Source of the DNA: Candidatus Magasanikbacteria bacterium RIFCSPHIGHO2_01_FULL_33_34
GTDB lineage: Bacteria > Patescibacteriota > Patescibacteriia > Magasanikbacterales > UBA922
DNA length: 64,000 nucleotides
Assembly: GCA_001782825.1 (NCBI GenBank)
Contig: MFPS01000008.1
Span: 73,012-137,011, forward strand
Direction: 5' to 3'
Shown here: positions 18,150 through 30,304 of the stretch, in pieces
How the letters are laid out: every line of letters starts with the position of its first letter
How positions within the stretch are numbered: position 1 is the first letter of the stretch
The notes under the pieces: generated by a model
Seen by the model: only the letters and a program-made list of their open reading frames with translations
Told to the model about the DNA's origin: nothing
The model's database searches: none
Translations under genes and position numbers: made by a program

Positions 18150-20720
18150 TTATAGTGATGGTTCTGTTGGTATTGGTTTTGCTTTGCTTGACGCATCGCC
18201 TATTTGCGTTCTGAGTAATAATTCTGTTTCTACTATTGTCTTGTCTCTGCCATATTTAAGGCGAGATAATTCTTTTATGGCACTAGCGAGTTCTTTGTTG
18301 CCTTTTTGTGGAGGATATACCATCATGTTGAATGGTCGGCTGGCAGTATTATCAATCAGTAACTTGGTATAACAAGTGTACTGTGGAACATTAATAAGGT
18401 CAAATGCTCCAAAAGTAGGGGTAAATTCTTTGGATAATAAATCTGCATCTTCTGGTCCAATTCTAAAGGAACATATAGTTCCAGCATTACCAAGGACTGC
18501 TTCTCTAATTTCACTTTTGCCTTTGCTATCTATCAATTGACCCATATATTGATGAGCAATGATCAGGTCTAATTTGTATTTACGAGCTTCAGATAGAATG
18601 GTTGAAATAGAATCAGTAATAAAATTTTGAAATTCATCAATATATAAGTAAAAATCTTTTCGTTCATCTTCAGGTATATCTGAACGACTGAGAGCGGCCA
18701 TTTGTAGTTTGGCTACAATTATCAGGCCAAGAAGTTTGGCATTTACTTCACCGGTGGTACCTTTGGCTAAGTTTACTAACAAAATCTTTTCATTGTCCAT
18801 TATGTTACGAAAATTAAACCCAGATTTTTGTTGTCCCATGATATTACGCATCATTTCATTCTCAACAAATCTACCAACTTTGGATATAAGGTATCCGAGC
18901 ATCTCTGATTTGTGGAAGTCTGATGTTTTGGCCATTTCTTTTTCCCAAAAAGCTTTTACAACTGGATCTTTGAGTTTTTTGAGGTATGTCTTTACATAGG
19001 TGTCATCTGTAAACATACGGGGTATATCTATGACTGTGCCTGTATCATTGATATCAGCCATCAATGTGAGCATCACATTGCGCATTTGGTGTTCAAACAT
19101 AGGCCCGATCATTTCTGGTGGAAAAAGTTTATAAAAAATCGAAATCATTTCTTGGACAGCAAAATCTTTTTGATCTTCGGTTTTTGCTTCAAGCATATTG
19201 AGACCGATTGGTCGTTCGGTGTCTGATGGATTAAAAATTATCACATCATCAACTCGATTTTTTGGTATATGTTCTAGTATGTCTTCAACTAGGTCTCCAT
19301 GAGGATCAATAACACAGACACCTTTATTATTTTTTATATCTTGAATAGCCAAATTTTTTATATATACAGATTTGCCAGAGCCTGATTTACCAATAATGTA
19401 TAGGTGTCTTCTGCGATCAGCTTCTTTCATATATATTGGCACATCTATGCCACGATATTGAGAATGACCTAATAGTAATCCTTCTTTTGCTATATTTGAT
19501 GGTGGTGGGGCTTTGCGGGAGTCAAGCCATTTTATGTTTGGTGCTTCAGTTGATCGAAGCGGTAAATGCCAAAGACCAGCCATTTCTTCTGTGTTCATTA
19601 TGGATTTATTTTTGTCAATAAATGATCTGTAAATAAAATCTCGGATTATAGTTGATTGAGTACGTGGAATACTTGCTTCAAAACTATTGCCATATCTATA
19701 TAAATTGTATTGGCTAAAAGAATTTACAAGATTATGGATATTTTCTCTGGCTATATTTTCATCATCAGCAACACTCAAAATACGAATATTTACATCAACA
19801 CCACCTTTGGCTAATTTATCTTCAATACCTTTTATCATTTCTTCTTCTTTTTGTGATAGTTGGTATTTATTTTCAGTTAATGTATCTTTTTTTTCTTTTT
19901 TTCCAAAAACATTTTCTCCAACAGCTCTTAAAAATTTTCCAAACCAATTAGTATGGACAACAGATTCAAATTTTTTGCCTTTTCGTACTTCTCGCACTAT
20001 TTCTATTCCTTTTCTTCGCCATTTTTTGGGGGCTGATCTTATTACAAATTGGATAGCAGCTGAACTGTTTTTTTCATATATTTTGGCTAAACTATTGAGG
20101 ACACTAGCCAATGGGTCTGAGTCCATATTTTTGTAAGTTTTTAAAGGAAAGACACCAATTTGTTTGGTGGTGAGATATGCACCAACGATTTTACTAGATT
20201 CACTAAAAATATTATAATCCTCAATCATTTCTATCTCTGCATATGGATATTGAGCTTGGATTTGTTGTTCAATCATTGTTTTCATTTTTGTTGGTGAATC
20301 AATATAAAAATATATTAAATTATTTTGAACAACTATTTCGAAGGAAAAATGATCTGTACGACCAAGAAGCCAATTTTTAAAGCCAGATTGAGCTTTAAGT
20401 CCGGCAATAGAGGAGAAAAATGTTTCTGTAATAGCGATTTCTTCTTTCACTTGATCCAATCTGTCATCTTGGCTTATCTGACCACCTTGTCCTTCTGATT
20501 TTCTTTCTTTTGGGACTAATATTTTGATTAAAGTTCTGTTAAAGGCTTTATTTGTTTTGTATTTATTTTTTAAGATTGCTCTTATTAAAAAAAGCCCGCC
20601 AACTAAGATAAGAGCTGTAATAATAATTAAAAGTAACCAGAAAAAAATAGGATTATTGAATGCCCCAAGTGAACGAGGATCTGTAGTAGGGGTTACAGTA
20701 AATTGAAATAATCCTATCAT
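18150..20720 (-). CDS. VirD4/TrwB/HerA-like P-loop ATPase (T4SS DNA-binding domain protein, CPR type)
   Basis: N-terminal TM; RRRHLYIIGKSGSGKS, VIDPHGDL, YIDEFQNF and LSEARKY motifs. Confidence 0.9.
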   Translation of the reverse strand: MIGLFQFTVTPTTDPRSLGAFNNPIFFWLLLIIITALILVGGLFLIRAILKNKYKTNKAFNRTLIKILVPKERKSEGQGGQISQDDRLDQVKEEIAITETFFSSIAGLKAQSGFKNWLLGRTDHFSFEIVVQNNLIYFYIDSPTKMKTMIEQQIQAQYPYAEIEMIEDYNIFSESSKIVGAYLTTKQIGVFPLKTYKNMDSDPLASVLNSLAKIYEKNSSAAIQFVIRSAPKKWRRKGIEIVREVRKGKKFESVVHTNWFGKFLRAVGENVFGKKEKKDTLTENKYQLSQKEEEMIKGIEDKLAKGGVDVNIRILSVADDENIARENIHNLVNSFSQYNLYRYGNSFEASIPRTQSTIIRDFIYRSFIDKNKSIMNTEEMAGLWHLPLRSTEAPNIKWLDSRKAPPPSNIAKEGLLLGHSQYRGIDVPIYMKEADRRRHLYIIGKSGSGKSVYIKNLAIQDIKNNKGVCVIDPHGDLVEDILEHIPKNRVDDVIIFNPSDTERPIGLNMLEAKTEDQKDFAVQEMISIFYKLFPPEMIGPMFEHQMRNVMLTLMADINDTGTVIDIPRMFTDDTYVKTYLKKLKDPVVKAFWEKEMAKTSDFHKSEMLGYLISKVGRFVENEMMRNIMGQQKSGFNFRNIMDNEKILLVNLAKGTTGEVNAKLLGLIIVAKLQMAALSRSDIPEDERKDFYLYIDEFQNFITDSISTILSEARKYKLDLIIAHQYMGQLIDSKGKSEIREAVLGNAGTICSFRIGPEDADLLSKEFTPTFGAFDLINVPQYTCYTKLLIDNTASRPFNMMVYPPQKGNKELASAIKELSRLKYGRDKTIVETELLLRTQIGDASSKAKPIPTEPSL

Positions 20721-20748
20721 AAAATTAGAAAAGATTTATAATTTTTTA

Positions 20749-21297
20749 TTATAAACCATCGTTTATTTTTTTTAGTGAAATAATTTTGTCGGCTTTAATT
20801 TTTGCCTCTTGCTCTAAAAAGAAACGATTTACACCAGGTAATAGTCTGAGCCATTCAAGTAATAGTTGAAAGATTTTTTTTATTTTTATTTTACTTGATT
20901 TTAGTAATTTACGGATTTCAATAGCAGTTCTTTCACCATGTATTTTAAATTCTTGTTTTTGAATGGGTGTCATTTCTTTGAATGCGTCAGCCAAGCCTTC
21001 TTCCATTATTTTTTCGACTTTGATTGTTATTTCATCGCGTACCTCTGGGACTTGAGTTGGTTTTCTTTTGGTATGCTTTAGATTGTCTTTTAAATTTTTT
21101 ATGGCATCATCCAAAAATTTGCTGTCTTCTTTGACAGATATTTCTTGTGGAGTTTGTTCTGTTTCTCTTAATTGTTCTGTAGACTGTATTTCTGGTGTAA
21201 TTTCAGGTATTTGAGTTTCCATTTCTGGTGGATTATTGTGGGCAGGGGAAACATCTTTTGGAGAAATTCCAGGCGGTTTTGTATTTGTTGAAGGCAT
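20749..21297 (-). CDS. Hypothetical protein
   Basis: Long ORF co-oriented with the ATPase; C-terminal WLRLLPGVNRFFLEQEAKIK. Confidence 0.75.
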   Translation of the reverse strand: MPSTNTKPPGISPKDVSPAHNNPPEMETQIPEITPEIQSTEQLRETEQTPQEISVKEDSKFLDDAIKNLKDNLKHTKRKPTQVPEVRDEITIKVEKIMEEGLADAFKEMTPIQKQEFKIHGERTAIEIRKLLKSSKIKIKKIFQLLLEWLRLLPGVNRFFLEQEAKIKADKIISLKKINDGL

Positions 21298-21530
21298 ATA
21301 TACATTGAAATACAAAAGTTAAACAACTTTTGTGTATTTTACGCAAATTCATTATACCAAAAAAAACAAAAAAATACTATAAAATTGTTAATTACGATAT
21401 AAATTTGTTTTTTAAATTTAAAAACGTTTGTAACTTTCAAAATATAGTTTATTGGTTTTGTATTAATTACTTGCTTTTTCAACATTATTTACTCCAATTA
21501 GATTAGCAGATAGATAAGTTTTCATATTAT

Positions 21531-22895
21531 TTATATCTGAGATATTTTTTGTCCATCTGCTGTATCATCCACATCAATTCCTATATTTTTTAATTCTTCT
21601 CTCAATTTGTCACTTTCACTCCAGTTTTTTTCATTTCTAGCTTTTTGTCTTTCATCAAGTATGGTTTGTATTTCATCTGTTATTTCAATTTTAGTATCAG
21701 GTTCATGCAAATCTAGGGCAAAAATTTTGTCAAACATTATTATTGTGTCTAAATTTACTTTATTTTCTTTGATAGCACTCCACAATATAGCTAATGCTTC
21801 AGGAATATTGAGATCATTGTTGATTGCCTTTAGAAACTCTATTTCGATAATTGGGTCAGTTAGGGCATTTGGGCCAATGTTTCTGATTTGTTTTCGTAAG
21901 TTTTTTAAGCCAAGTTGGGCAGAATTGATGGCGTCCCATGAAAAATTTGTTTGTTTTCTGTAGTGGCTTTGCAGTATAAAATATCTATAGCTGAGAGGAT
22001 CAATTTCTTTGTCTTTGAGTGTTTGGAGAGTAATAAAATTTCCACTTGATTTGGCCATTTTTTCATTACCCATGATCAAAAATTCATTGTGAAACCAATA
22101 TTTTACCCATGGTTTTAAACCAGTGACACTTTCAGCTTGGGCAATTTCATTGGTGTGATGGACTGGAATATGGTCTATACCGCCTGCGTGGATATCAAAT
22201 TGATCTCCCAAGTATTTCATACTCATAGCAGAACATTCTATGTGCCAACCAGGGAAACCTTTTTTACCAAATGCTTCCCATTCCATTTGTCTTTTTTCTT
22301 GTTCATTACTAAATTTCCACAAGGCAAAATCATGTGGATTTTTCTTTTCGCCGATGTCTACTCTTTTACCAGCTTCTAATTCTTGTTTTTGTAGATTGGC
22401 AAGTTTTCCATAATCTTTTATTTTGGTTGTGTCAAAATATATTCCGTCGGTAGTTTCATAGGTATATCCACCATCAATCAGATCTTGGACTTGTTTGATT
22501 TGTTCGGGTATATGTTCAGTAGCTTTACACCAGATATTTGGTTCAAGAATATTTAGATCTTGTAGATTATTTTTGAATGCATTTGTATAAAAATCAGCAA
22601 TTTGGATAGCAGTTTTACCTTCTCTTTGAGCGCCTTTTTCCATTTTATCTTCGCCTGTGTCAGCATCATCAGTCAAATGTCCTACATCAGTTATATTCAT
22701 TACATGTTTTATTTTATATCCATTATATTTGAGTACTCTGCGCAAAATATCTTGAGAAATATAGGCTCTTAGATTGCCAATATGAGCATAATTATACACA
22801 GTCGGACCACAAGCATAAAAACCTATGGTTGTATTCATGGGTTCAAAGTTTTCTGTATTGTGAGTAAGTGTATTATAAATTTTTAATTTTGGCAT
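21531..22895 (-). CDS. cysS: Cysteine--tRNA ligase
   Basis: CGPTVY, HIGN, GWHIECS and KMAKS motifs. Confidence 0.97.
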   Translation of the reverse strand: MPKLKIYNTLTHNTENFEPMNTTIGFYACGPTVYNYAHIGNLRAYISQDILRRVLKYNGYKIKHVMNITDVGHLTDDADTGEDKMEKGAQREGKTAIQIADFYTNAFKNNLQDLNILEPNIWCKATEHIPEQIKQVQDLIDGGYTYETTDGIYFDTTKIKDYGKLANLQKQELEAGKRVDIGEKKNPHDFALWKFSNEQEKRQMEWEAFGKKGFPGWHIECSAMSMKYLGDQFDIHAGGIDHIPVHHTNEIAQAESVTGLKPWVKYWFHNEFLIMGNEKMAKSSGNFITLQTLKDKEIDPLSYRYFILQSHYRKQTNFSWDAINSAQLGLKNLRKQIRNIGPNALTDPIIEIEFLKAINNDLNIPEALAILWSAIKENKVNLDTIIMFDKIFALDLHEPDTKIEITDEIQTILDERQKARNEKNWSESDKLREELKNIGIDVDDTADGQKISQI

Positions 22896-23046
22896 ACCTA
22901 GAGTCTAGATTATTCTTAATAATCATAATATTACCTTATATATATATTATTATCAAATAAGTTGTGATAGAGTATTTATGTGGACATCTCTATAAAATAT
23001 ATTTTAGTTATGTTATAATATATTTACATAAAATAATTGATTAACT

Positions 23047-24195
23047 ATGTTATCAAGAAAATCATCTAATGCTTCGCTGGGGGTAGATATTGGTGCAGGA
23101 GGTATTAAGCTAGTTGAACTTCAAAAACAAAAAGGGAGGCCACGTTTGTGGACATATGCAATTGTCGATCAAGAGATTGATATACATATAAAAAGAATGG
23201 CAGACAAGAGTCCTCAAGATTTACTTGATGAAAAACAAGGGGATCTTTCTATGATGATGAAAGGAAAACATCAAAAAAATAATCAATTAATTATTGAAAA
23301 AGACCCTAGAATTGATGAATATGCTAAGTTATTGCGTTATGCAGTAGACAAGGCCAAGATTACTGCCAAAAAAGTAACTGCGAGTTTACCTGTCTCGCAT
23401 ATTTTTCATGCAATTGTAAATTTGCCATTGGTTAATGAAAAAGAACTAGCTTTTCATGTAGAAGCAAAAGTTAAAAAGATGTTACCGCAACCGATTGAAG
23501 AAATGCAAGTTGTGCATCAGGTTATTCCTCAAGAGAATAAAGATTCAAAAAGTATCAAAACTTTGGTAACTGCAGCGCCAAAACAAATTGTAAAATTTTA
23601 TACAGATATATTCCAAAAAGCTGGTTTGCAGTTGACAGAATTAGAAACAGAAGCATTTGCATTGGAGCGTTCACTTGTGGGAATTGACAAGGCAACTGTA
23701 ATGGTGGTGGATATTGGTGCAGAGAGAACAAATTTTTTTATAATGGATCAAGGATTTCCCATTACACACAGAAGTGTGCAGATTGGTGGGGATGTGCTAG
23801 GGGCAATTTTACAACAAAATCTTGGCTTGGATGATGAAGAAGTATCGGCTATTAAAACCGATGTATCAAAATTGTCTTTTGATAGACTCCCAGAAGGAAT
23901 GTTTACTAGATTGGTGGAGCCAATAATAAAAGAGATTCAATATAGTTTTGAATTATTTTTACATCAAACTGGAAATGAAAATAAAAAACCGGAAAAAATT
24001 ATATTGACTGGAGGTGCTGCTACCTTTCCGTTATTTGTAGAAGCAATTAGCCGAGAATTTTCTATGAAAGTTTTTGTAGGTGATCCTTGGGCTCGGGTTG
24101 TTTATCAACAAGGTTTAAAAGGTATACTTGATCAATTGGGCCCAAGAATGGCAGTAAGTATTGGTTTGGCATTACGTGGAATTGTAGAAAAATAA
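23047..24195 (+). CDS. pilM: Type IV pilus assembly protein PilM (actin-like ATPase)
   Basis: LGVDIG..IKLVEL, VVDIGAERT, IILTGG and AVSIGLALR motifs. Confidence 0.88.
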   Translation: MLSRKSSNASLGVDIGAGGIKLVELQKQKGRPRLWTYAIVDQEIDIHIKRMADKSPQDLLDEKQGDLSMMMKGKHQKNNQLIIEKDPRIDEYAKLLRYAVDKAKITAKKVTASLPVSHIFHAIVNLPLVNEKELAFHVEAKVKKMLPQPIEEMQVVHQVIPQENKDSKSIKTLVTAAPKQIVKFYTDIFQKAGLQLTELETEAFALERSLVGIDKATVMVVDIGAERTNFFIMDQGFPITHRSVQIGGDVLGAILQQNLGLDDEEVSAIKTDVSKLSFDRLPEGMFTRLVEPIIKEIQYSFELFLHQTGNENKKPEKIILTGGAATFPLFVEAISREFSMKVFVGDPWARVVYQQGLKGILDQLGPRMAVSIGLALRGIVEK

Positions 24196-24277
24196 ATTTT
24201 TAAAAACTATTATCCACATTTTCATTAACATATAATTAAATATACTGTATACTAGTAAGTAGATTAATAAAATTTTT

Positions 24278-24655
24278 ATGTCAGAAAAACAAAAAGTGAT
24301 ATTATTGGTTGAAGATGATTCTTTTTTATCTAATATTTATAAGACTAAATTTGAAATGGAAGGTTATCAGGTTATAGTAGCTATGGATGGTGAGGTAGGA
24401 CTTAATTATGCCAAAACAAAAAATCCAGATTTGATTTTACTTGATATTCTTTTGCCCAAAATGGATGGTTTTTCAGTTCTCAAAGAAATAAAGGCTGACG
24501 AAAAATCAAAAAATATTCCAGTAATACTTTTGACAAATTTGGGACAAAAGGATGATGTAAGTAAAGGACTTGAACTAGGAGCAGTGGATTATTTAATCAA
24601 AGCTCACTTCAAACCATCAGAAACAGTTGGTAAGGTTAGGAAAATTATCGGTTAA
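24278..24655 (+). CDS. Single-domain response regulator
   Basis: LLVEDD, LLDILLPKMDG and DYLIKA receiver motifs. Confidence 0.93.
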   Translation: MSEKQKVILLVEDDSFLSNIYKTKFEMEGYQVIVAMDGEVGLNYAKTKNPDLILLDILLPKMDGFSVLKEIKADEKSKNIPVILLTNLGQKDDVSKGLELGAVDYLIKAHFKPSETVGKVRKIIG

Positions 24656-24699
24656 CAAGATTAATTTATGTTATTTTTACATAGAAGGGAGGTGAGACC

Positions 24700-25164
24700 A
24701 TGAATAAAAAAGGATTTACTTTGATCGAATTGCTTGTTGTAATTGCAATCATTGGCCTACTATCCACTTTGGCTGTGGTAGCATTGAGTTCGGCTCGTGA
24801 AAAAGCAAGAGATTCAAAGCGTTTATCTGATTTGAAACAAATTCAAACAGCTTTAGAATTATACTATACAGATAATAGTGAGTATCCAGCTACTGCCGTA
24901 GGTGGGACATTCACTCTTGGAGACGGTGCTACAGCTGATTGTCTTGACGGTGGTGGTATTACAGGAGCTTGTGCTACTGCACCTACATATATGGGATTAG
25001 TACCTTCAGATCCGCAGACTGGTACAACTGACTATGTATATCAAGATAATAGTGGTGACACATCTGCATATGATATTCGCGCAACTTTAGAAGGTACAGT
25101 TGGCGCACTTGATGATTGTATTCAAATGACTCCATCTGGAATATTGAATATAGCTTGTCCATAA
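24700..25164 (+). CDS. Type IV pilin
   Basis: KKG|FTLIELLVVIAIIG prepilin cleavage/methylation site; C-terminal cysteines; strong GGGAGGTG SD. Confidence 0.93.
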   Translation: MNKKGFTLIELLVVIAIIGLLSTLAVVALSSAREKARDSKRLSDLKQIQTALELYYTDNSEYPATAVGGTFTLGDGATADCLDGGGITGACATAPTYMGLVPSDPQTGTTDYVYQDNSGDTSAYDIRATLEGTVGALDDCIQMTPSGILNIACP

Positions 25165-25185
25165 TACGTTTTCGTATACGTAAAC

Positions 25186-25218
25186 TTAAAAAATCCCCAA
25201 ATAAAGGGGATTTTTTAA
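25186..25218 (+). terminator. Terminator after pilin
   Basis: AAAAAATCCCC-aaataaa-GGGGATTTTTT. Confidence 0.75.
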
Positions 25219-25334
25219 TGTACTTTATATATTTAGTATTTTTTTGGGCATGTGATATAATTATAAAATAAAATACACATTATGATATAAAATTAGTAAA
25301 TTATATTGTGTAAATTATGTATTAATATAAACCT

Positions 25335-28137
<2,803 letters not shown>

Positions 28138-28142
28138 AAAAA

Positions 28143-28417
28143 GTGAGGGCGCCATGCAAGCTGTACAAGCCAAGCTGGGGGCCCTCGTGGTGAGTGTCGC
28201 TTTTTCTAAGCATCGTGGCAGTATATATAATAAATCTGCTTAGAAATGGACTGGTGGATTCGCACTTTACTCCTTATGCCGTGGCAATAAGGTTGTCTAG
28301 CTACCTTTTGAGCCTTTGTGACTTGGCCAAACTTTGGTTGCCCTTCTTTGTCTCTGGGATGAGACTAGAGGTTTTCCGGTTCGCCAACCGACGTAGTAAA
28401 GATTCATCCACCCTCAC
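28143..28417 (-). ncRNA. Unidentified ~275-nt structured ncRNA
   Basis: GC-rich island with 5'/3' terminal pairing GUGAGGGUG/CGCCCUCAC, many internal helices, TTGACA-17-TAGCCT promoter (28453..28425) and 3' U-tract. Confidence 0.7.
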
Positions 28418-28524
28418 TTTTTTGAGGCTACACTATTTTTTGTATTTTGTCAAGTTTGCTTGCGGATAATGTACTAATAATGTAAAATAATAGTAATTAA
28501 ACTTGTAAGAGTTATTTTTAAAAT

Positions 28525-28824
28525 ATGTCTAAACTAACTGTAGAAGAAATTGAGATGGTAGCTGATTTAGCGCGTTTGGAATTGAGTGATAGCGAAAAGG
28601 AAATGTATTCAAAACAATTGTCTGTTATTTTTGATTATGTGGATATGCTTGATGAAGTTAATACAGTAGATATTGTAGAAACATGCCAAGTAACAGGGCT
28701 TGAGGATGTTTTTCGAGATGATGTGGTTGAGGTTTCAGATTCAGAGGTAGTAAAAAAATTAATTGCGCAATTTCCAGACAAAGTTGATAATTTATTAAAA
28801 GTAAAACAGGTTTTTGATAATTAG
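28525..28824 (+). CDS. gatC: Asp/Glu-tRNA amidotransferase subunit C
   Basis: VADLARLEL..FRDD..LLKVKQV, directly upstream of gatA. Confidence 0.92.
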   Translation: MSKLTVEEIEMVADLARLELSDSEKEMYSKQLSVIFDYVDMLDEVNTVDIVETCQVTGLEDVFRDDVVEVSDSEVVKKLIAQFPDKVDNLLKVKQVFDN

Positions 28825-28862
28825 TTAGTAGGTATGGGTACTCAAATGTATATAAATTAATT

Positions 28863-30296
28863 ATGTTATTAAATGAATTGACAATTACTCAAGCAAGAGA
28901 GGGTTTGGACAAAAAAAAGTTTTCTGCAATGGATATTACTAAAGCTTGTTTGCATAGAATAAAAGAACGCAATGAAAAGATTAATGCTTTTATAACTGTA
29001 TTTGAAGAAACTGCTTTACATGAAGCGCAAATTGCTGATGATATGATTGCTAGAGGAGAAATTTATGATTTGACTGGCATACCATTTAGTGTAAAAGATG
29101 CAATTTGTACCAAAGATAGTCGTTCAACTGGAGCGGGTAAAATTTTGGATGATTATGTTCCGCCATATGACGCAACTGTAATAAAAAAAATAAGGAAACA
29201 GGGAGCAATTCTTTTGGGGAAAACTAATTGTGATGCATTTGGCCATGGAGCTAGTAATGAAAATTCAATGTATGGTCCAGTTAGAAATCCACATGATTTA
29301 GAAAGAGTGTCAGGTGGTTCTTCTGGTGGATCAGCTGCGTCTGTGGCTGATAATATGTGTGTTTTTTCTATTGCAGAAGATACTGGTGGTTCAATTAGAC
29401 AGCCAGCGAGTTTTTGTGGGGTAGTGGGTTTGCGACCAAGTTATGGGAGGAATTCTCGTTATGGGATAATGCCAATGGCTAGCTCTTTGGATACAGTTGG
29501 TCCTATTACCAAGACTGTGGCGGATTTGGCAGTTGTACAGAGAATTATTGCCGGACACGATATCAAGGATTCTACAACTGTAACAAATAATGTTCCAGAA
29601 TATTCACAATTGTTACACAAATCAATTGAAGGATTAAAAATAGGAGTTCCAAAAGAATATTTTGAAATTGATGGCATGGATAGTGAAATTAAAACTATTA
29701 TTAAAAATAAAATAAAAAATATAGAAAGTTTGGGTTGCGAGATTGTCAGTGTTAGTTTGCCACATACAAAGTATGCAATTCCAGTTTATTATTTAATTGT
29801 ACCAAGTGAAGACAGTTCAAATTTAGGTAGACTTGATGGGATTAGGTATGGGGTCCAAGCTGAAGCTCAAAATTTGCATGATATATATACAAAATCTAGA
29901 GCACAAGGATTTCCAGAAGAAGTGAAACGTAGAATTATGATTGGAACTTATGCATTGTCCTCTGGGTATTATGATGCTTATTATCGCAAAGCCCAAAAGG
30001 TGAGAACTTTGATTTGTCAGGATTTTGAAAGAGTATTTGAACAAGTTGATTTGTTGGTAACACCGACAAATCCATCTCCAGCTTTTAAGCTAGGAGAAAA
30101 AAAAGATGATGTACTGTCTATGTATTTAGCGGATGTATTTGTAAGTCCATCAGCTATTGCTGGAGTGCCTAGCATGTCTATTCCAGTTGAAAAAACAAAA
30201 AAAGGATTACCAGTGGGTCTACATATAATTGGACCAAGATTATTTGAAGGTAGGGTTATGCAATTGGGTTATGCAATTGAAAAATTTAATAATTAG
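28863..30296 (+). CDS. gatA: Asp/Glu-tRNA amidotransferase subunit A
   Basis: Amidase signature GGSSGGSAA, DTGGSIRQPA and EVKRRIMIGTY. Confidence 0.96.
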   Translation: MLLNELTITQAREGLDKKKFSAMDITKACLHRIKERNEKINAFITVFEETALHEAQIADDMIARGEIYDLTGIPFSVKDAICTKDSRSTGAGKILDDYVPPYDATVIKKIRKQGAILLGKTNCDAFGHGASNENSMYGPVRNPHDLERVSGGSSGGSAASVADNMCVFSIAEDTGGSIRQPASFCGVVGLRPSYGRNSRYGIMPMASSLDTVGPITKTVADLAVVQRIIAGHDIKDSTTVTNNVPEYSQLLHKSIEGLKIGVPKEYFEIDGMDSEIKTIIKNKIKNIESLGCEIVSVSLPHTKYAIPVYYLIVPSEDSSNLGRLDGIRYGVQAEAQNLHDIYTKSRAQGFPEEVKRRIMIGTYALSSGYYDAYYRKAQKVRTLICQDFERVFEQVDLLVTPTNPSPAFKLGEKKDDVLSMYLADVFVSPSAIAGVPSMSIPVEKTKKGLPVGLHIIGPRLFEGRVMQLGYAIEKFNN

Positions 30297-30304
30297 ATAT
30301 TTTT

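Noticed and set aside
18150-20720. Conjugative element inferred from the VirD4-like ATPase
   Set aside because: No relaxase, VirB4 or integrase; it sits among housekeeping genes as is typical for this CPR family
22896-23046. Replication origin at the switch in gene orientation
   Set aside because: No dnaA/dnaN or DnaA-box cluster; the plus strand looks G/T-rich on both sides by eye (skew not computed)
28194-28469. 91-aa plus-strand ORF (and a 36-aa minus-strand ORF) over the GC-rich element
   Set aside because: Atypical composition and no motif; dense helices and terminal pairing fit an RNA better
28459-28490. dif-like sequence (TGCGGATAATGTACTAATAATGTAAAAT)
   Set aside because: The XerD arm only aligns with an 8-bp spacer; the same bases form TTGCGG-17-TAAAAT, a plausible gatC promoter
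28143-28524. T-box leader for gatCA, tmRNA, RNase P or SRP RNA
   Set aside because: None of the diagnostic conserved sequences were found on either strand
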